Origin: Alphaproteobacteria bacterium
GTDB lineage: Bacteria > Pseudomonadota > Alphaproteobacteria > MPNO01
Direction: 5' to 3'
NCBI GenBank assembly: GCA_964291675.2
Contig: OZ219866.1
Location: 1,024,001-1,088,000, forward strand
DNA: 64,000 nucleotides
How positions within the stretch are numbered: the stretch's first letter is position 1; each line of letters starts with the position of its first letter. This document shows positions 46,195 through 56,659 of this stretch, one piece after another. The notes beneath the pieces were generated by a model. The model did no database searches, was not told the origin of the DNA, and was given only the letters and a program-made list of their open reading frames with translations. The translations under genes and the position numbers were made by a program.

Positions 46195-46317
46195 GGCACC
46201 TGATCTCCCTTGTCCATTGACCCCCAATTTAGACCGTTTCACCGGGAAGTCGACTGCCAGCCCGCATTGTCGGCCGGACAGCGCCGCGCAGGCCATGACA
46301 GTGGCGGGAAATGCGGG

Positions 46318-47325
46318 CTAGGCGAGCGCCGGCATCACGTGGCGGGCGAACAGCTCGACCGAGCGCGTGGTCTCCTCGCGCGTCAGGTCGCCGAACGCCA
46401 TCTGGCCCACCATGTAGTTGGCCTCGGCGACCGCCATGCGCTCGGCGAGGACGGCGGCGACGGTATCCGGGCTTCCCGCCACCGCGCGGCCCTGGCCCGC
46501 CATCTCGTCGAAGCTCGGCGGGCGCCGGTGTTTGGGCAGCGGCGCGTCGTGAAGCACGAACAGATAGTTGAAGCTGCGGTGCCAGACCGGATAGGCGCGG
46601 CGCGCGGACGCCAACGCTTCCGCATCGCTCTCGCCCACCACCACGAACATGCCGAGCCCGACGAGGCCGGGCGCGCTGTCCGCGCCATGCGCCTCGGCCC
46701 AGGTCGACCGGTAGCTGCGCGCGAAGGCGCCGGTCTCCTCGGCGGTATCCAGGCTCACGATATGGCTCCCCATGCGCGCCGCCCGCGCCGCGCTGTCGGT
46801 GGCATGCACGCCGTACCAGAGCGGCGGGTGGGGCTTCTGGTAGGGCTCGACGAAGAGCGGGGTGTCGTCGAAGCTCGCGTATTTTCCGCGGTGGTGGAGC
46901 CTGCCGTTGGCGAGCCCGTCGAGCACGATGTCGAGATACTCGCGGTAGATCGGCTCGGCCTCCGCGTGGTCGTTGCCGAAATAGGACGCCTCGATGGGTG
47001 ATGCGCCGCGGCCGAAGCCGATCTCCAGCCTTCCGCCGCTCATCTGGTCGAGCATGCAGATCTCCTGCACCAGGCGGAGCGGGTGGTAGAGCGGCAGCGC
47101 GTAGACCAGCGGGCCGAAGCGGAGCCGCTCGGTGCGCATCGCCACCGCGCTGAGGAACAGATTGGGCGACGGCGCCATGCCGAGCGGCGTCGAGTGGTGC
47201 TCGGCCACGTGGTAGCTGCGGAAGCCCGAGCGCTCGAACAGCCCGATCAGCGCCAGACGGTCGGCGTAGTATTCGTCGAGCGGCTGGCCGGTCGCGTCGA
47301 GATGGTCGAAGATGCCGAATTCCAC
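46318..47325 (-). CDS. LLM-class (luciferase-like) flavin-dependent oxidoreductase
   Basis: FGIFDH, YHVAEHHSTPLG, LDQMSGGRLEIGFGRG, PYQKPHPPLW. Confidence 0.92.
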   Translation of the reverse strand: MEFGIFDHLDATGQPLDEYYADRLALIGLFERSGFRSYHVAEHHSTPLGMAPSPNLFLSAVAMRTERLRFGPLVYALPLYHPLRLVQEICMLDQMSGGRLEIGFGRGASPIEASYFGNDHAEAEPIYREYLDIVLDGLANGRLHHRGKYASFDDTPLFVEPYQKPHPPLWYGVHATDSAARAARMGSHIVSLDTAEETGAFARSYRSTWAEAHGADSAPGLVGLGMFVVVGESDAEALASARRAYPVWHRSFNYLFVLHDAPLPKHRRPPSFDEMAGQGRAVAGSPDTVAAVLAERMAVAEANYMVGQMAFGDLTREETTRSVELFARHVMPALA

Positions 47326-47412
47326 GCGTTTTCCCTTCCCGCCCCCGCAGCCGCCGGGGATTGTTGCAGGCGGCCGCGCAACCATCAATCATGGCGCGAC
47401 GGAGGATCCGAC

Positions 47413-47922
47413 ATGGCACCCGCACCGAGCATACGCCGCATCGTCACCGGCCACGGCGAGGACCGCATCGCCCGGGCGATGCTGGACAGCCCGGCGACCA
47501 ACGCCAAGCAGGCCGGCAACGGCGCCGTCTCGACGCTGATCTGGTCGACCGACCGGATGCCGGCCGACATCGCCATCGGCGCCGGCTTCGAGGACATGGG
47601 CGCGCGCATCCTCGGCACCCAGCCGCCGCCCTCGGGCACCCGCTTCGCGGTGATCGAGTTTCCGCCCGGCGCGCCGACCGCGATGCACCGGACCGAATCG
47701 ATCGACTATGTGATTTGCATCGCCGGCGAGATCGACATGGACATGGACGACTCGACCGTCACCATGCGGGCGGGCGACGTGATGGTCCAGCGCGGCACCA
47801 ACCACGCATGGGTCAACCGCTCGGCCGATCCGGCCCGGCTCGCCTTCGTGCTGATCGACGCCGAGCCGCTCGGCATCGGCGAGCCCGTGGCGCATGGGCA
47901 GAGCGTGGGAGGCAAAGAATGA
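47413..47922 (+). CDS. Cupin domain protein
   Basis: RRIVTGH, MHRTESIDY, GDVMVQRGTNHAW. Confidence 0.92.
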   Translation: MAPAPSIRRIVTGHGEDRIARAMLDSPATNAKQAGNGAVSTLIWSTDRMPADIAIGAGFEDMGARILGTQPPPSGTRFAVIEFPPGAPTAMHRTESIDYVICIAGEIDMDMDDSTVTMRAGDVMVQRGTNHAWVNRSADPARLAFVLIDAEPLGIGEPVAHGQSVGGKE

Positions 47923-48473
47923 AACCGCAGAGAATCCCCGATCTCACCCCCGACGAGATGGACCGGCGCCAGCGCGCGCTGTTCGAGGCCATCGCCGGGC
48001 CGCGCGGCGGCGTGGTGCGGGGCCCGTTCGCGATCTGGTTGCGCCACCCGGACCTGGTGGAGAAGGCGAACGCGCTCGGCAACCATCTGCGCGACGCGAC
48101 GTCGCTGGCCACGCACCTCTCCGAGCTTGCGATCCTGGTCACCGCGCGGTTCTGGGGCGCGAGCTACGAATGGTACGCGCATGAAGGCCTCGCCGCCGCC
48201 GCGGGCGTCGACCGGGCGGTCATCGAGGCGATCCGCGACGACCGCGAGCCCGACTTCGACGACCCCGAGTCCGCCATCGTCTACCGGGTCAGCCGCGCGC
48301 TCTACCGGGTCAAGGAGATCCCCGACGAGACCTACCGCGAGGCGATCGGGATCCTCGGCCAGGAACGGACCGTCGACCTGGTTGCGGTGCTCGGCTTCTA
48401 CACCATGGTGGCGATGACGCTGAACGCCTTCAACGCGCCGCTGCCCGAGGGCGCGGCCGACCCCTTCGCGTGA
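47919..48473 (+). CDS. Carboxymuconolactone decarboxylase/AhpD-like family protein
   Basis: GPRGG...GPFAIWL..P, ELAILVTA, YEWYAH, LGFYTMVAMTLNAF. Confidence 0.88.
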   Translation: MKPQRIPDLTPDEMDRRQRALFEAIAGPRGGVVRGPFAIWLRHPDLVEKANALGNHLRDATSLATHLSELAILVTARFWGASYEWYAHEGLAAAAGVDRAVIEAIRDDREPDFDDPESAIVYRVSRALYRVKEIPDETYREAIGILGQERTVDLVAVLGFYTMVAMTLNAFNAPLPEGAADPFA

Positions 48474-48482
48474 GGCCGGTGG

Positions 48483-49847
48483 ATGACAGGCTACGACCCG
48501 AAGACACATTCCCTTATCACCTTCCACGACCGCGTGGCCGCGTTCCGCGACGGCGCGGACACGCCGCGCGACCTGCTTGAGCGCTGCATCGCCGCCATCG
48601 AGGCGCGCGAGGACGAGATCATGGCCTGGGCCCATCTCGATCTCGACGGTGCGCGCAGGGCGGCGGATGCGGCGGGCGCGCGCTACCGGGAAGGCAGGCC
48701 GCTGTCGCCCGTCGACGGGCTGCCCATCGGCATCAAGGATTTGATCGACACCGTCGACATGCCGACCGAGTACGGCTCGACCCTGTTCGCCGGCCACCGC
48801 CCGAAGCAGGATGCGGCGGCCGTGCTCGCGCTAAAGCAGGGTGGGGCAGTCATTCTCGGCAAGACGGTGACGATCGCCTTCGGCGGCGGCGACCCGGCCA
48901 GGACCCGCAACCCGCACGACACGCGCCGCACGCCGGGCGGCTCGTCGAGCGGGTCCGCCGCCGCGGTCGGCGCGGCCACCGTCCCGGCCGCCATCGGCAC
49001 CCACGCGCGCGGCTCGACCGTCCGGCCTGCGAGCTTCTGCGGCGCCTTCGCGCTCAAGCCGAGCTTCGGGGCGATCAACCGCCAGGGCGTGTTCTCCGCC
49101 GCCGACAGCATGGACCATCTCGGCACCTTCGCAGGCTCGCTCCGCGATGTCTGGATCGTCGCCCGCCACATGGCGCGGCTCGCCGGCGGCGACCCCGGCC
49201 ATCCCGGGCTCTACGGCGGCGCCGCGCCGCCCGCGCCGCAGAAGCCGATGCGCCTGGTGCGGCTGGGGATGGCGGGCTGGGCCGAGACCGACGATGCGAC
49301 CAAGACGGCCTTCGAGGAGATCGTGGCGGGCCTCGCCGCGTCGGGGGTCGAGATCTTCGCCAAGGGCGACGATCCGGCGATCGACGACTACGAGGCCCGG
49401 CTCGCGGCGATGCCGGAGCTGTGGCGCGACCTCTACCGCTTCGAGATGCGCTGGCCGATGCTGCAATATCTCGCGCTCTACCCCGACGACGTGCCGCCCA
49501 GGCTCAAGCGCGGGCTGGAGGAGGGGGCGGGGCTCACCCAGGAGACCTACCGCGCGGCGCTAGTGCAACGGGCCCATGTCAGGAACCTGCACGGCGAGCT
49601 CGCCAACCGGGCCGACGGCTTCGTGACGCTCGCCTCGCCCGGCCCCGGCCCGGTCGGGATGGACCAGGGCAGCGCGGTGTTCAACGAGCCGTCCTCGGTG
49701 CTCGGCGCCCCGGCCGTGTCGCTCCCCTTGATGGCGGTCGACGGCGCGCCGGTCGGGCTCCAGCTCATGGGCCGCATCGGCGGCGACGAGGCGCTCGCCG
49801 CCTGCGGCCTGTGGGTGGCCGAGCGGGTGCTCGGGCGGGGGGTCTAG
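48483..49847 (+). CDS. Amidase signature family enzyme
   Basis: GLPIGIKD, GKTVT, TPGGSSSGSAAAV, GTHARGSTVRPASFCG. Confidence 0.92.
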   Translation: MTGYDPKTHSLITFHDRVAAFRDGADTPRDLLERCIAAIEAREDEIMAWAHLDLDGARRAADAAGARYREGRPLSPVDGLPIGIKDLIDTVDMPTEYGSTLFAGHRPKQDAAAVLALKQGGAVILGKTVTIAFGGGDPARTRNPHDTRRTPGGSSSGSAAAVGAATVPAAIGTHARGSTVRPASFCGAFALKPSFGAINRQGVFSAADSMDHLGTFAGSLRDVWIVARHMARLAGGDPGHPGLYGGAAPPAPQKPMRLVRLGMAGWAETDDATKTAFEEIVAGLAASGVEIFAKGDDPAIDDYEARLAAMPELWRDLYRFEMRWPMLQYLALYPDDVPPRLKRGLEEGAGLTQETYRAALVQRAHVRNLHGELANRADGFVTLASPGPGPVGMDQGSAVFNEPSSVLGAPAVSLPLMAVDGAPVGLQLMGRIGGDEALAACGLWVAERVLGRGV

Positions 49848-50062
49848 GGCGCGTTCGTCCCCCACCTCGTCATATAGACGGAGCCGGCAGGAGGCCCGCG
49901 AAGCTGAGATGTCAGGAGCCCATACCCCATTTGCCGATAACGAAGAGGCGTGGACTACAGGGCGAAGTTCGGTCGACCGGGCCGCCCAAATCCTCGCTGC
50001 CGGGCTTGTCATGCCAAAGCCGAGCCACCACTATATCTAGCTGGATAGGGGAGGACTGTCCC

Positions 50063-50395
50063 GTGCAGTTCCATGTACCCACGGTCCTGGGTTTCTTCGG
50101 CGCCTGGGCGTCTGTTGTCGCGCCGCTTGGGGGGCTCAGCCTGTGGTTGGCCGATCGAGAGCAACATTCGACGCTGGCTGCGGAGCGCCGTCTGCAAGAA
50201 CAGATAAAGCAAGTCGAGGGGCAGCTACGGCAAGTCGAGGGTCGCTTGCAGGCAGAGGTGCGGGACGCACAAGAAAGCGTTACCTCGCTCAGCTTTCGTC
50301 TCTCTGGCGTCGCCGAAGACGCCGCCTTCATCAAGGGCTATCTGCGGATGACCCGGGCTCCGGATGCTCCCGCCGCTACAAAAGACGATCGCTAA
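50063..50395 (+). CDS. Small hypothetical protein with N-terminal membrane anchor and coiled coil
   Basis: GGGGAGG RBS before GTG; hydrophobic N-terminus then heptads QVEGQLR/QVEGRLQ; lower GC than flanks. Confidence 0.6.
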   Translation: MQFHVPTVLGFFGAWASVVAPLGGLSLWLADREQHSTLAAERRLQEQIKQVEGQLRQVEGRLQAEVRDAQESVTSLSFRLSGVAEDAAFIKGYLRMTRAPDAPAATKDDR

Positions 50396-50439
50396 CCTCT
50401 CCCCGCACCGTCCTATAGCGGCTCGGCTGCGGGCGCGGC

Positions 50440-50973
50440 TCAGGTAATGGTCGGCGCGATCTCGGCGCGCCATTCCTCGACCGGGCAGAACGACTCTTCG
50501 GCGCCGAACCGGGCCCTGGTGGTCGCGTGGATCTCCTCGTCCGACAACGAGAAGTCGAGCACCTCGCGCTGCGGCTGCTGCACGTACCACGGCGTGTCCA
50601 TGAACACTTCGAGCCGGTTGCCCTCGGGGTCGCGGAAGTAGATCGACCAGGCGTTGCCGTGATCGGTCGGGTCGAAGCCGTCCACGCCTTCCGCCACAAG
50701 CGCGTCGTGATAGACCCGGAGGTCGGCGAGCGAGGCGACCTTGAACGAGATCTGGTTGATCACATTGTAGGATTCCTCGGGCCGGCCGGTGATGAACACG
50801 ATCTGATGGTGGTGCCCGGCGTCGCGGCTGAGGAACGCCATCCGGGCCTTCCCGAACGCGCCGCCGTCGGTGATCCTGAAGCCGAGCACCCGGCGGTAGA
50901 AATCGGTCATCCTGTCGATGTCGGTGACGTAGACGCCGATATGGCCCATCTCGAATCTGGGGGCATCCGTCAT
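50440..50973 (-). CDS. VOC family protein (glyoxalase/extradiol dioxygenase-like)
   Basis: GHIGVYVTD, FYRRVLGF, HHQIV, DHGNAWSIYFRDPEGNRLEVF. Confidence 0.9.
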   Translation of the reverse strand: MTDAPRFEMGHIGVYVTDIDRMTDFYRRVLGFRITDGGAFGKARMAFLSRDAGHHHQIVFITGRPEESYNVINQISFKVASLADLRVYHDALVAEGVDGFDPTDHGNAWSIYFRDPEGNRLEVFMDTPWYVQQPQREVLDFSLSDEEIHATTRARFGAEESFCPVEEWRAEIAPTIT

Positions 50974-51101
50974 CCCGGTCTCCTCCCTGTCGCGCCGACG
51001 GTCCACGAGCTTGTCTTAACCGACCGCGGCACAAAAGACAAAGGCGTTGGGCGGGCTCCGCGCGCCGGTTCGCGGCATCTCCGGCCGTACGACGACAACC
51101 C

Positions 51102-51944
51102 CTACGCCCCCGGGCTGGTGGCGGTCAGGCCGCCGTCGACGACGAGGCACTGGCCGGTGATGTAGGCGGCGTCGTCGCTGGCGAGGAACAGCGCCGCCCT
51201 GGCGACGTCCCAGGCATCGCCCATGCGGCGCATCGGCACGGTCGCCGAGCGGGCCGCGTGGTAGTCCTCGGGCGTCGCGTAGCCCTTGCGGATGTGGTTG
51301 GGCACGCCGTCCTTCTCGCGCAGGATGAACGGGGTCTTCATCAGCCCGGGCGCTATGCAGTTGGCGCGGATGTTCCTCGCCGCGTACTGGATGGCGATGT
51401 TCTTCGTCAGCTCGTTGAGCGCCCCCTTGGCCGCCGAGTAGGATGTGGACGGCACGCCGATATGGGTGAGGCCGGCGATCGAGGAGATGTTGACGATCGC
51501 CCCGCCGCCGTGGGCCTCCATGTGCGGGATGGCGGCCTTCATGGCGAGGAAGGCGCCGGTGACGTTGCGCGCGAGCGTGTCGTTCCAGTCCTCCAGCGCC
51601 ACGTCCATCAGCGCCGCGCCGGGGCCGGAGCCGCCGACATTGTTGTGCAATATGTCGATCCGCCCGAACGCGTCCACGCAGGCCGCGACCATGGCGGCGA
51701 TGTCGCGCTCGCCGGTCACGTCCGCCCGCCATGCGAGCGCGGTTCCGCCCTCCGATAGGACGATGTCGCGGGTCTCTTCGGCGGCGTCGAGACGGCGGTC
51801 GACGCAGAGCACCTTCGCCCCCTCGCGCGCGTAGAGCACCGCGGCGGCCTTGCCGTTGCCCCAGCCGGGTCCGATCGAGCCCGCACCGGTGACCAGCGCG
51901 ACCCTGCCGGCGACGCGTCCGGGCGCGGTGCCTTCTTCCGTCAC
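51102..51944 (-). CDS. SDR family oxidoreductase
   Basis: TGAGSIGPGWGNG, NNVG, NISS, YSAAK. Confidence 0.93.
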   Translation of the reverse strand: MTEEGTAPGRVAGRVALVTGAGSIGPGWGNGKAAAVLYAREGAKVLCVDRRLDAAEETRDIVLSEGGTALAWRADVTGERDIAAMVAACVDAFGRIDILHNNVGGSGPGAALMDVALEDWNDTLARNVTGAFLAMKAAIPHMEAHGGGAIVNISSIAGLTHIGVPSTSYSAAKGALNELTKNIAIQYAARNIRANCIAPGLMKTPFILREKDGVPNHIRKGYATPEDYHAARSATVPMRRMGDAWDVARAALFLASDDAAYITGQCLVVDGGLTATSPGA

Positions 51945-53194
51945 GCGGCGGCGGCGAGCTCGGGAAGCAGCGGCGAGTCCGCGTCGTAGCGGACGCCGTC
52001 CTTGAGCGCGAAGCGGGGCACGATCGCCTGTTCCGCCCGCATTGTCTCGCCCGAATTGTCGCGCAGCTCCCAGGGCCCGGGCACCATATCGACCACGCTG
52101 ACATCGGCCGCGCGGCCCTTGGCAAGCGAGCCGATCTCGTCCGCCATGCCGATCGCCTCGGCGGCGTTCGACGTGACTGTCGCGACCACGTCCTCCAGCG
52201 CCATGCCGAGCGCCAGCAGCTCGGTCATCGCGTGGCACAGCCCGAAGGGGGCGCGGTCGTTGGCCGGCAGCCCGAGCTCGCCCGCCCGCGCCTCGGGCAC
52301 GGCGATCGAGTAGCCGTGCAGATCGGCGCCGAGTGAGAACGGCCGGATGCCCTGCTCCAGCGCGGCGCGCGCCATTTTGAAGCTGAAATGGGCGCCGTGC
52401 CCGACATCGACGCGCACGCCGCGCGCGACCGCCTTCTTCACCGCGGGGTGGAGCCTGCCGGTCTTCTCCGAGATGAAGCCGCCCGGATGGCGGGTGAAGG
52501 GGTGGGCGAGGATGTCGCCCTTGCGCATCAAGGGCACCATCTCGCGCACCACCGCGTCGGGGTCGACATCCACCCCCTCGGTGGGCCAGAGCTGGCCGAG
52601 ATGGACATAGACCGGGATTCTGGCCTTGCTCGCGATCTCGCGCGCCCGCTCCAGCACCTGGCAGCCCCAGCGCGAGGCGCCGCCGATCTCGGCATGCGCC
52701 TTGATGCCCTTGACGATGTCGCGGTTGGCGATGGCGATCTCGGCGGTGCGCTTCACATCGACCTGCTCGGGGCCGTAGAGCGAGGGGTAGCGATGGCCCT
52801 CCAGCCCGCCGACCATGTAGGTCGACAGGAAGCACAGCACCCGGGTCTTCGCCGGCTCGGCGATGAACTCGCGGAACCCGGGCAGCGTCATCAGGCTCGG
52901 CCCGCCCTGGTCGACCACGGTGGTGACGCCCGAGCGCACGCCGCAGAGATCGGCATCCAGCCCGAACGCGCCGGTGACGTGGCGATAGACATGGGCGTGG
53001 GTGTCGATCAGCCCGGGCAGCACCAGCGCCCCGCTCACGTCGATGACCCGTTTGGTTCCCTTGATCCCCGCCTTGACCGCCGCGATGCGCCCGTCGGCGA
53101 TCCCGACATCGGCCTTGCGGTTGCGTCCCGAGGCGGGGTCGATCACCCGGCCGCCGCGGAGGATCAGGTCGTAGCGCTTGGTCCGGCTCGCCAT
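51941..53194 (-). CDS. Amidohydrolase/deacetylase family metallohydrolase (dihydroorotase-like)
   Basis: GGRVIDP, PGLIDTHAH, GIKAH, DVGHG, ADLHG. Confidence 0.9.
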   Translation of the reverse strand: MASRTKRYDLILRGGRVIDPASGRNRKADVGIADGRIAAVKAGIKGTKRVIDVSGALVLPGLIDTHAHVYRHVTGAFGLDADLCGVRSGVTTVVDQGGPSLMTLPGFREFIAEPAKTRVLCFLSTYMVGGLEGHRYPSLYGPEQVDVKRTAEIAIANRDIVKGIKAHAEIGGASRWGCQVLERAREIASKARIPVYVHLGQLWPTEGVDVDPDAVVREMVPLMRKGDILAHPFTRHPGGFISEKTGRLHPAVKKAVARGVRVDVGHGAHFSFKMARAALEQGIRPFSLGADLHGYSIAVPEARAGELGLPANDRAPFGLCHAMTELLALGMALEDVVATVTSNAAEAIGMADEIGSLAKGRAADVSVVDMVPGPWELRDNSGETMRAEQAIVPRFALKDGVRYDADSPLLPELAAAA

Positions 53195-53207
53195 TGCCGC
53201 CTCCCGT

Positions 53208-54439
53208 TCAGCGCCGCGCGTAGTGGGACTCCACATACTCGTCGACCAGCTTCTGGAACTCCCGCGCGATGCCCTTGCCGCGCAGGGTAACCGCCTTCTT
53301 GCCGTCGATGAAGACCGGGGCGGCGGGCTCCTCGCCGGTGCCGGGCAGGCTGATCCCGATATTGGCGTGCTTGCTCTCGCCCGGTCCGTTGACGATGCAG
53401 CCCATCACCGCGACGTTCATCGTCTCGACCCCGACATGGGACTTGCTCCAATCCGGCATGCGCCCGCGCACATAGTCCTGGATCTCCTCGGCGAGCTCCT
53501 GGAAGACGGTGCTGGTGGTCCGCCGCAGCCCGGGCAGGCCGCGACCAGCGGCACGAAGGCGCGCAGCCCCATGGTCTGCAAAATCTCCTGCGCGACGACC
53601 ACCTCGCGGGTGCGGTCGCCGCCGGGCTCCGGCGTCAGCGAGATGCGGATGGTATCGCCGATCCCCTCCTGCAGCAGCACCGCCAGCGCCGCCGTGGAAG
53701 CGACGATTCCCTTCGAGCCCATCCCCGCCTCGGTGAGGCCGAGATGGAGCGCGTAGTCGCATTGCCGGGCGAGCTCGCGGTAGACCGCGATCAGGTCCTG
53801 CACCGCCGAGACCTTGCAGGAGAGCACGATCTTGTCGGCGCCGAGACCGAGCTCGCGGGCGCGTTCGGCGCTGCCGATCGCCGATGCCACCAGCGCGTCC
53901 CGCGTGACCGCGGCGGCGTCCTTGGGCTCTTCGCGGCGCGCGTTCTCGTCCATCATCCCGGACAGCAGCTCCTGGTCGAGGCTGCCCCAGTTGACCCCGA
54001 TGCGGACCGGGCGGTCGTATTTCAGCGCGACCTCGATCATGGTCGCGAACTGGGTGTCGCGCTTGGCGCGGAAGCCGACATTGCCCGGGTTGATGCGGTA
54101 CTTGGCGAGCGCCTCGGCGCAGGCCGGGTGGTCGGTCAGCAGCTTGTGGCCGATATAGTGGAAGTCGCCGACCAGCGGCACGCCGACGCCTTGCGCATCC
54201 AGCGCATCCCGGATGCGCGGCACCGCGGCTGCGGCCTCTTCGCGGTCGACGGTGATGCGGACGATCTCCGACCCGGCGCGGGCGAGCGCCGCGGCCTGGG
54301 CCGTCGTCCCCTCCACGTCGGCGGTGTCGGTGTTGGTCATCGACTGGACGACGATCGGGCGAGCGCCGCCGATCGGCACCTCGCCCACATATACGGGGAC
54401 CGACTTGCGGCGCGGCGCCGGCAGGTCTGCTCGGGACAT
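53208..54439 (-). pseudogene. ispG: (E)-4-hydroxy-3-methylbut-2-enyl-diphosphate synthase IspG with a 1-nt frameshift near 53522 (real lesion or sequencing error)
   Basis: [41 protein letters not shown] in one frame; [23 protein letters not shown] in another. Confidence 0.85.
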
Positions 54440-54577
54440 CGACTGGCCTCGCGGCGGTTGAGCGGCACGCCTAAGGTTGTCGCCGCGCGGCTCCGGGTCA
54501 AGCGCACAGGCACGGGGCTGGGCGCGGCGCAGCGTTTCGGCTACCAACGGGTTCCGAACCGCAGGAAGGCGCAGCGC

Positions 54578-56659
54578 ATGTCCGACAGAGACCCTCCCGA
54601 GGCCGCGCGAAAACCCGTCGCGTCCACCCTGCACGGCATAACCCGGCGGGACGAATACGCCTGGCTCAAGGACCCGGGCTGGCAGCGGGTGATGCGCGAC
54701 CCCGTCGTGCTCGACCCCGCGATCCGCGCCTATCTGGAGGCGGAGAACGCCTACAAGGACGCCTTCCTCGCGCCTCATGCCGGGCTGCGCCGGGCGCTCT
54801 ACGACGAGATGCGCGGACGCATCGAGGAGGACGACAGCACCGTGCCTGCGCCCGACGGGGGCTGGCTCTACTTCGTCCGCCATGTCGAGGGCGGCGAGCA
54901 CCCGGTCTGGTGCCGCGCCAGGCGAAGCACGGAAGAGGCCGCGGAAGTGCTGCTCGACGGCAACCGGGAGTCGGCGGGCGAGAGCTATTTCCGCATCGCC
55001 GCCTGCCGGCACAGCCCGGACCACCGCCGCCTGGCTTACGCGAGCGACGTCAACGGCTCGGAGCGCTACCGCATCTTCGTCCGCGACATCGCGACCGGGG
55101 AGACCGTCGACGGGCCGATCGGCGATGCCCGCGGCGACCTGGTCTGGGCCAATGACGGCGAGACCCTGTTCTACACCGCGATCGACGACAGCCACCGGCC
55201 CTTCCAGGTGCGCCGCCACCGCATCGGCGACGGCCGCGCCGACCCGGTGGTCTACGAGGAGTCCGATCCCGGCTTCTTCGTCGGCATCGGCAAGTCGGAG
55301 AGCGGGCGCTTCGCGATCGTCTCGGCGCACGACCACACGACCTCGGAGGTGCGGCTGATCGACGCGGACGCGCCGGAGACCCCGCCCCGCCTGGTCGCCG
55401 CGCGCGCGGCGGGGGTCGAGTACGACGTCGCCGATCGCGGCGAGAGGCTGTACATCCGCACCAATGACGGCGGCGCGGTCGATTTCAAGATCGTCACCGC
55501 GCCGCTCGATGCGCCCGAGCGGGCGGGCTGGAGCGACTGGCTCGCCCAACGGCCCGGGGTCTATGTGCGCGGCCAGCACCTGTTCGCCGGCCACCACGTC
55601 CGGCTCGAGCGCGCCGGCGGGCTGCCCCGCATCGTGGTCACCGATCTGGCGAGCGGGGAGGCGCACGCGATCGAATTCGACGAGGAGGCCTACGACCTCG
55701 CGCTGCTGCCGGGCTACGAATTCGACACCGCGACGCTCCGCTTCGCCTACAGCTCGATGACCACGCCGGCGCAGACCTTCGACTACGACATGCACACCCG
55801 AGAGCGGCGCCTGCGCAAGACCCAGGAGGTGCCGAGCGGGCACGACCCGGCCGACTACGTCACCCGCCGGCTCGTGGCAACCGGCCATGACGGGGCGCAA
55901 ATTCCGGTCTCCGTGCTCTACCGCCGGACCACCCCGCTCGACGGCGCCGCGCCGCTGCTGCTCTACGGCTACGGCGCCTACGGCCATGCGATCCCAGCCG
56001 CGTTCTCGACCAACCGGCTGAGCCTGGTCGACCGCGGCTTCGTCTACGCCATCGCGCATATCAGGGGCGGCGCCGATCTCGGCTATGGCTGGTATCTGGA
56101 CGGCAAGCGCGAGAACAAGCCCAACAGCTTCGCCGACTTCATCGCCGCGGCGGAGCGCCTGATCGCCGGCGGCTACACGGCGAAGGGGCGGATCGCCGCC
56201 CATGGCGGCAGCGCCGGCGGGATGCTGATGGGCGCGGTCGCCAATCTCAGGCCCGACCTGTTCGCCGCCATCCTCGCCGAGGTGCCGTTCGTCGACGTGC
56301 TCAACACCATGTGCGACGCCGATTTGCCGCTGACCCCGCCGGAATGGCCGGAATGGGGCAACCCGATCGAGGACGCGGCGGCCTACCGGCTGATCGCGTC
56401 GTATTCGCCCTACGACAACGTGGCGGCGCAGGACTACCCGGCGATCTTCGCGACCGGCGGGCTGACCGATCCCAGGGTGACCTATTGGGAGCCCGCCAAG
56501 TGGGTGGCGCGGCTCCGCCGGCGCAACACGGGCGACAGCCCGGTGCTGCTGCACACCAACATGGAGGCCGGGCATGGCGGCGCGTCGGGCCGGTTCGACC
56601 GGCTGGTCGAGGTCGCGATGGTCTATGCCTTCGCCATCGCTGTCGCCGGGCTCGCCTGA
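54578..56659 (+). CDS. ptrB: S9 family peptidase, oligopeptidase B
   Basis: [44 protein letters not shown]. Confidence 0.93.
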   Translation: MSDRDPPEAARKPVASTLHGITRRDEYAWLKDPGWQRVMRDPVVLDPAIRAYLEAENAYKDAFLAPHAGLRRALYDEMRGRIEEDDSTVPAPDGGWLYFVRHVEGGEHPVWCRARRSTEEAAEVLLDGNRESAGESYFRIAACRHSPDHRRLAYASDVNGSERYRIFVRDIATGETVDGPIGDARGDLVWANDGETLFYTAIDDSHRPFQVRRHRIGDGRADPVVYEESDPGFFVGIGKSESGRFAIVSAHDHTTSEVRLIDADAPETPPRLVAARAAGVEYDVADRGERLYIRTNDGGAVDFKIVTAPLDAPERAGWSDWLAQRPGVYVRGQHLFAGHHVRLERAGGLPRIVVTDLASGEAHAIEFDEEAYDLALLPGYEFDTATLRFAYSSMTTPAQTFDYDMHTRERRLRKTQEVPSGHDPADYVTRRLVATGHDGAQIPVSVLYRRTTPLDGAAPLLLYGYGAYGHAIPAAFSTNRLSLVDRGFVYAIAHIRGGADLGYGWYLDGKRENKPNSFADFIAAAERLIAGGYTAKGRIAAHGGSAGGMLMGAVANLRPDLFAAILAEVPFVDVLNTMCDADLPLTPPEWPEWGNPIEDAAAYRLIASYSPYDNVAAQDYPAIFATGGLTDPRVTYWEPAKWVARLRRRNTGDSPVLLHTNMEAGHGGASGRFDRLVEVAMVYAFAIAVAGLA

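Noticed and set aside
53417-56575. 1052-aa ORF as a giant IspG fusion
   Set aside because: The first ~710 codons are antisense to ptrB and the spacer; IspG similarity begins at ATG 54439
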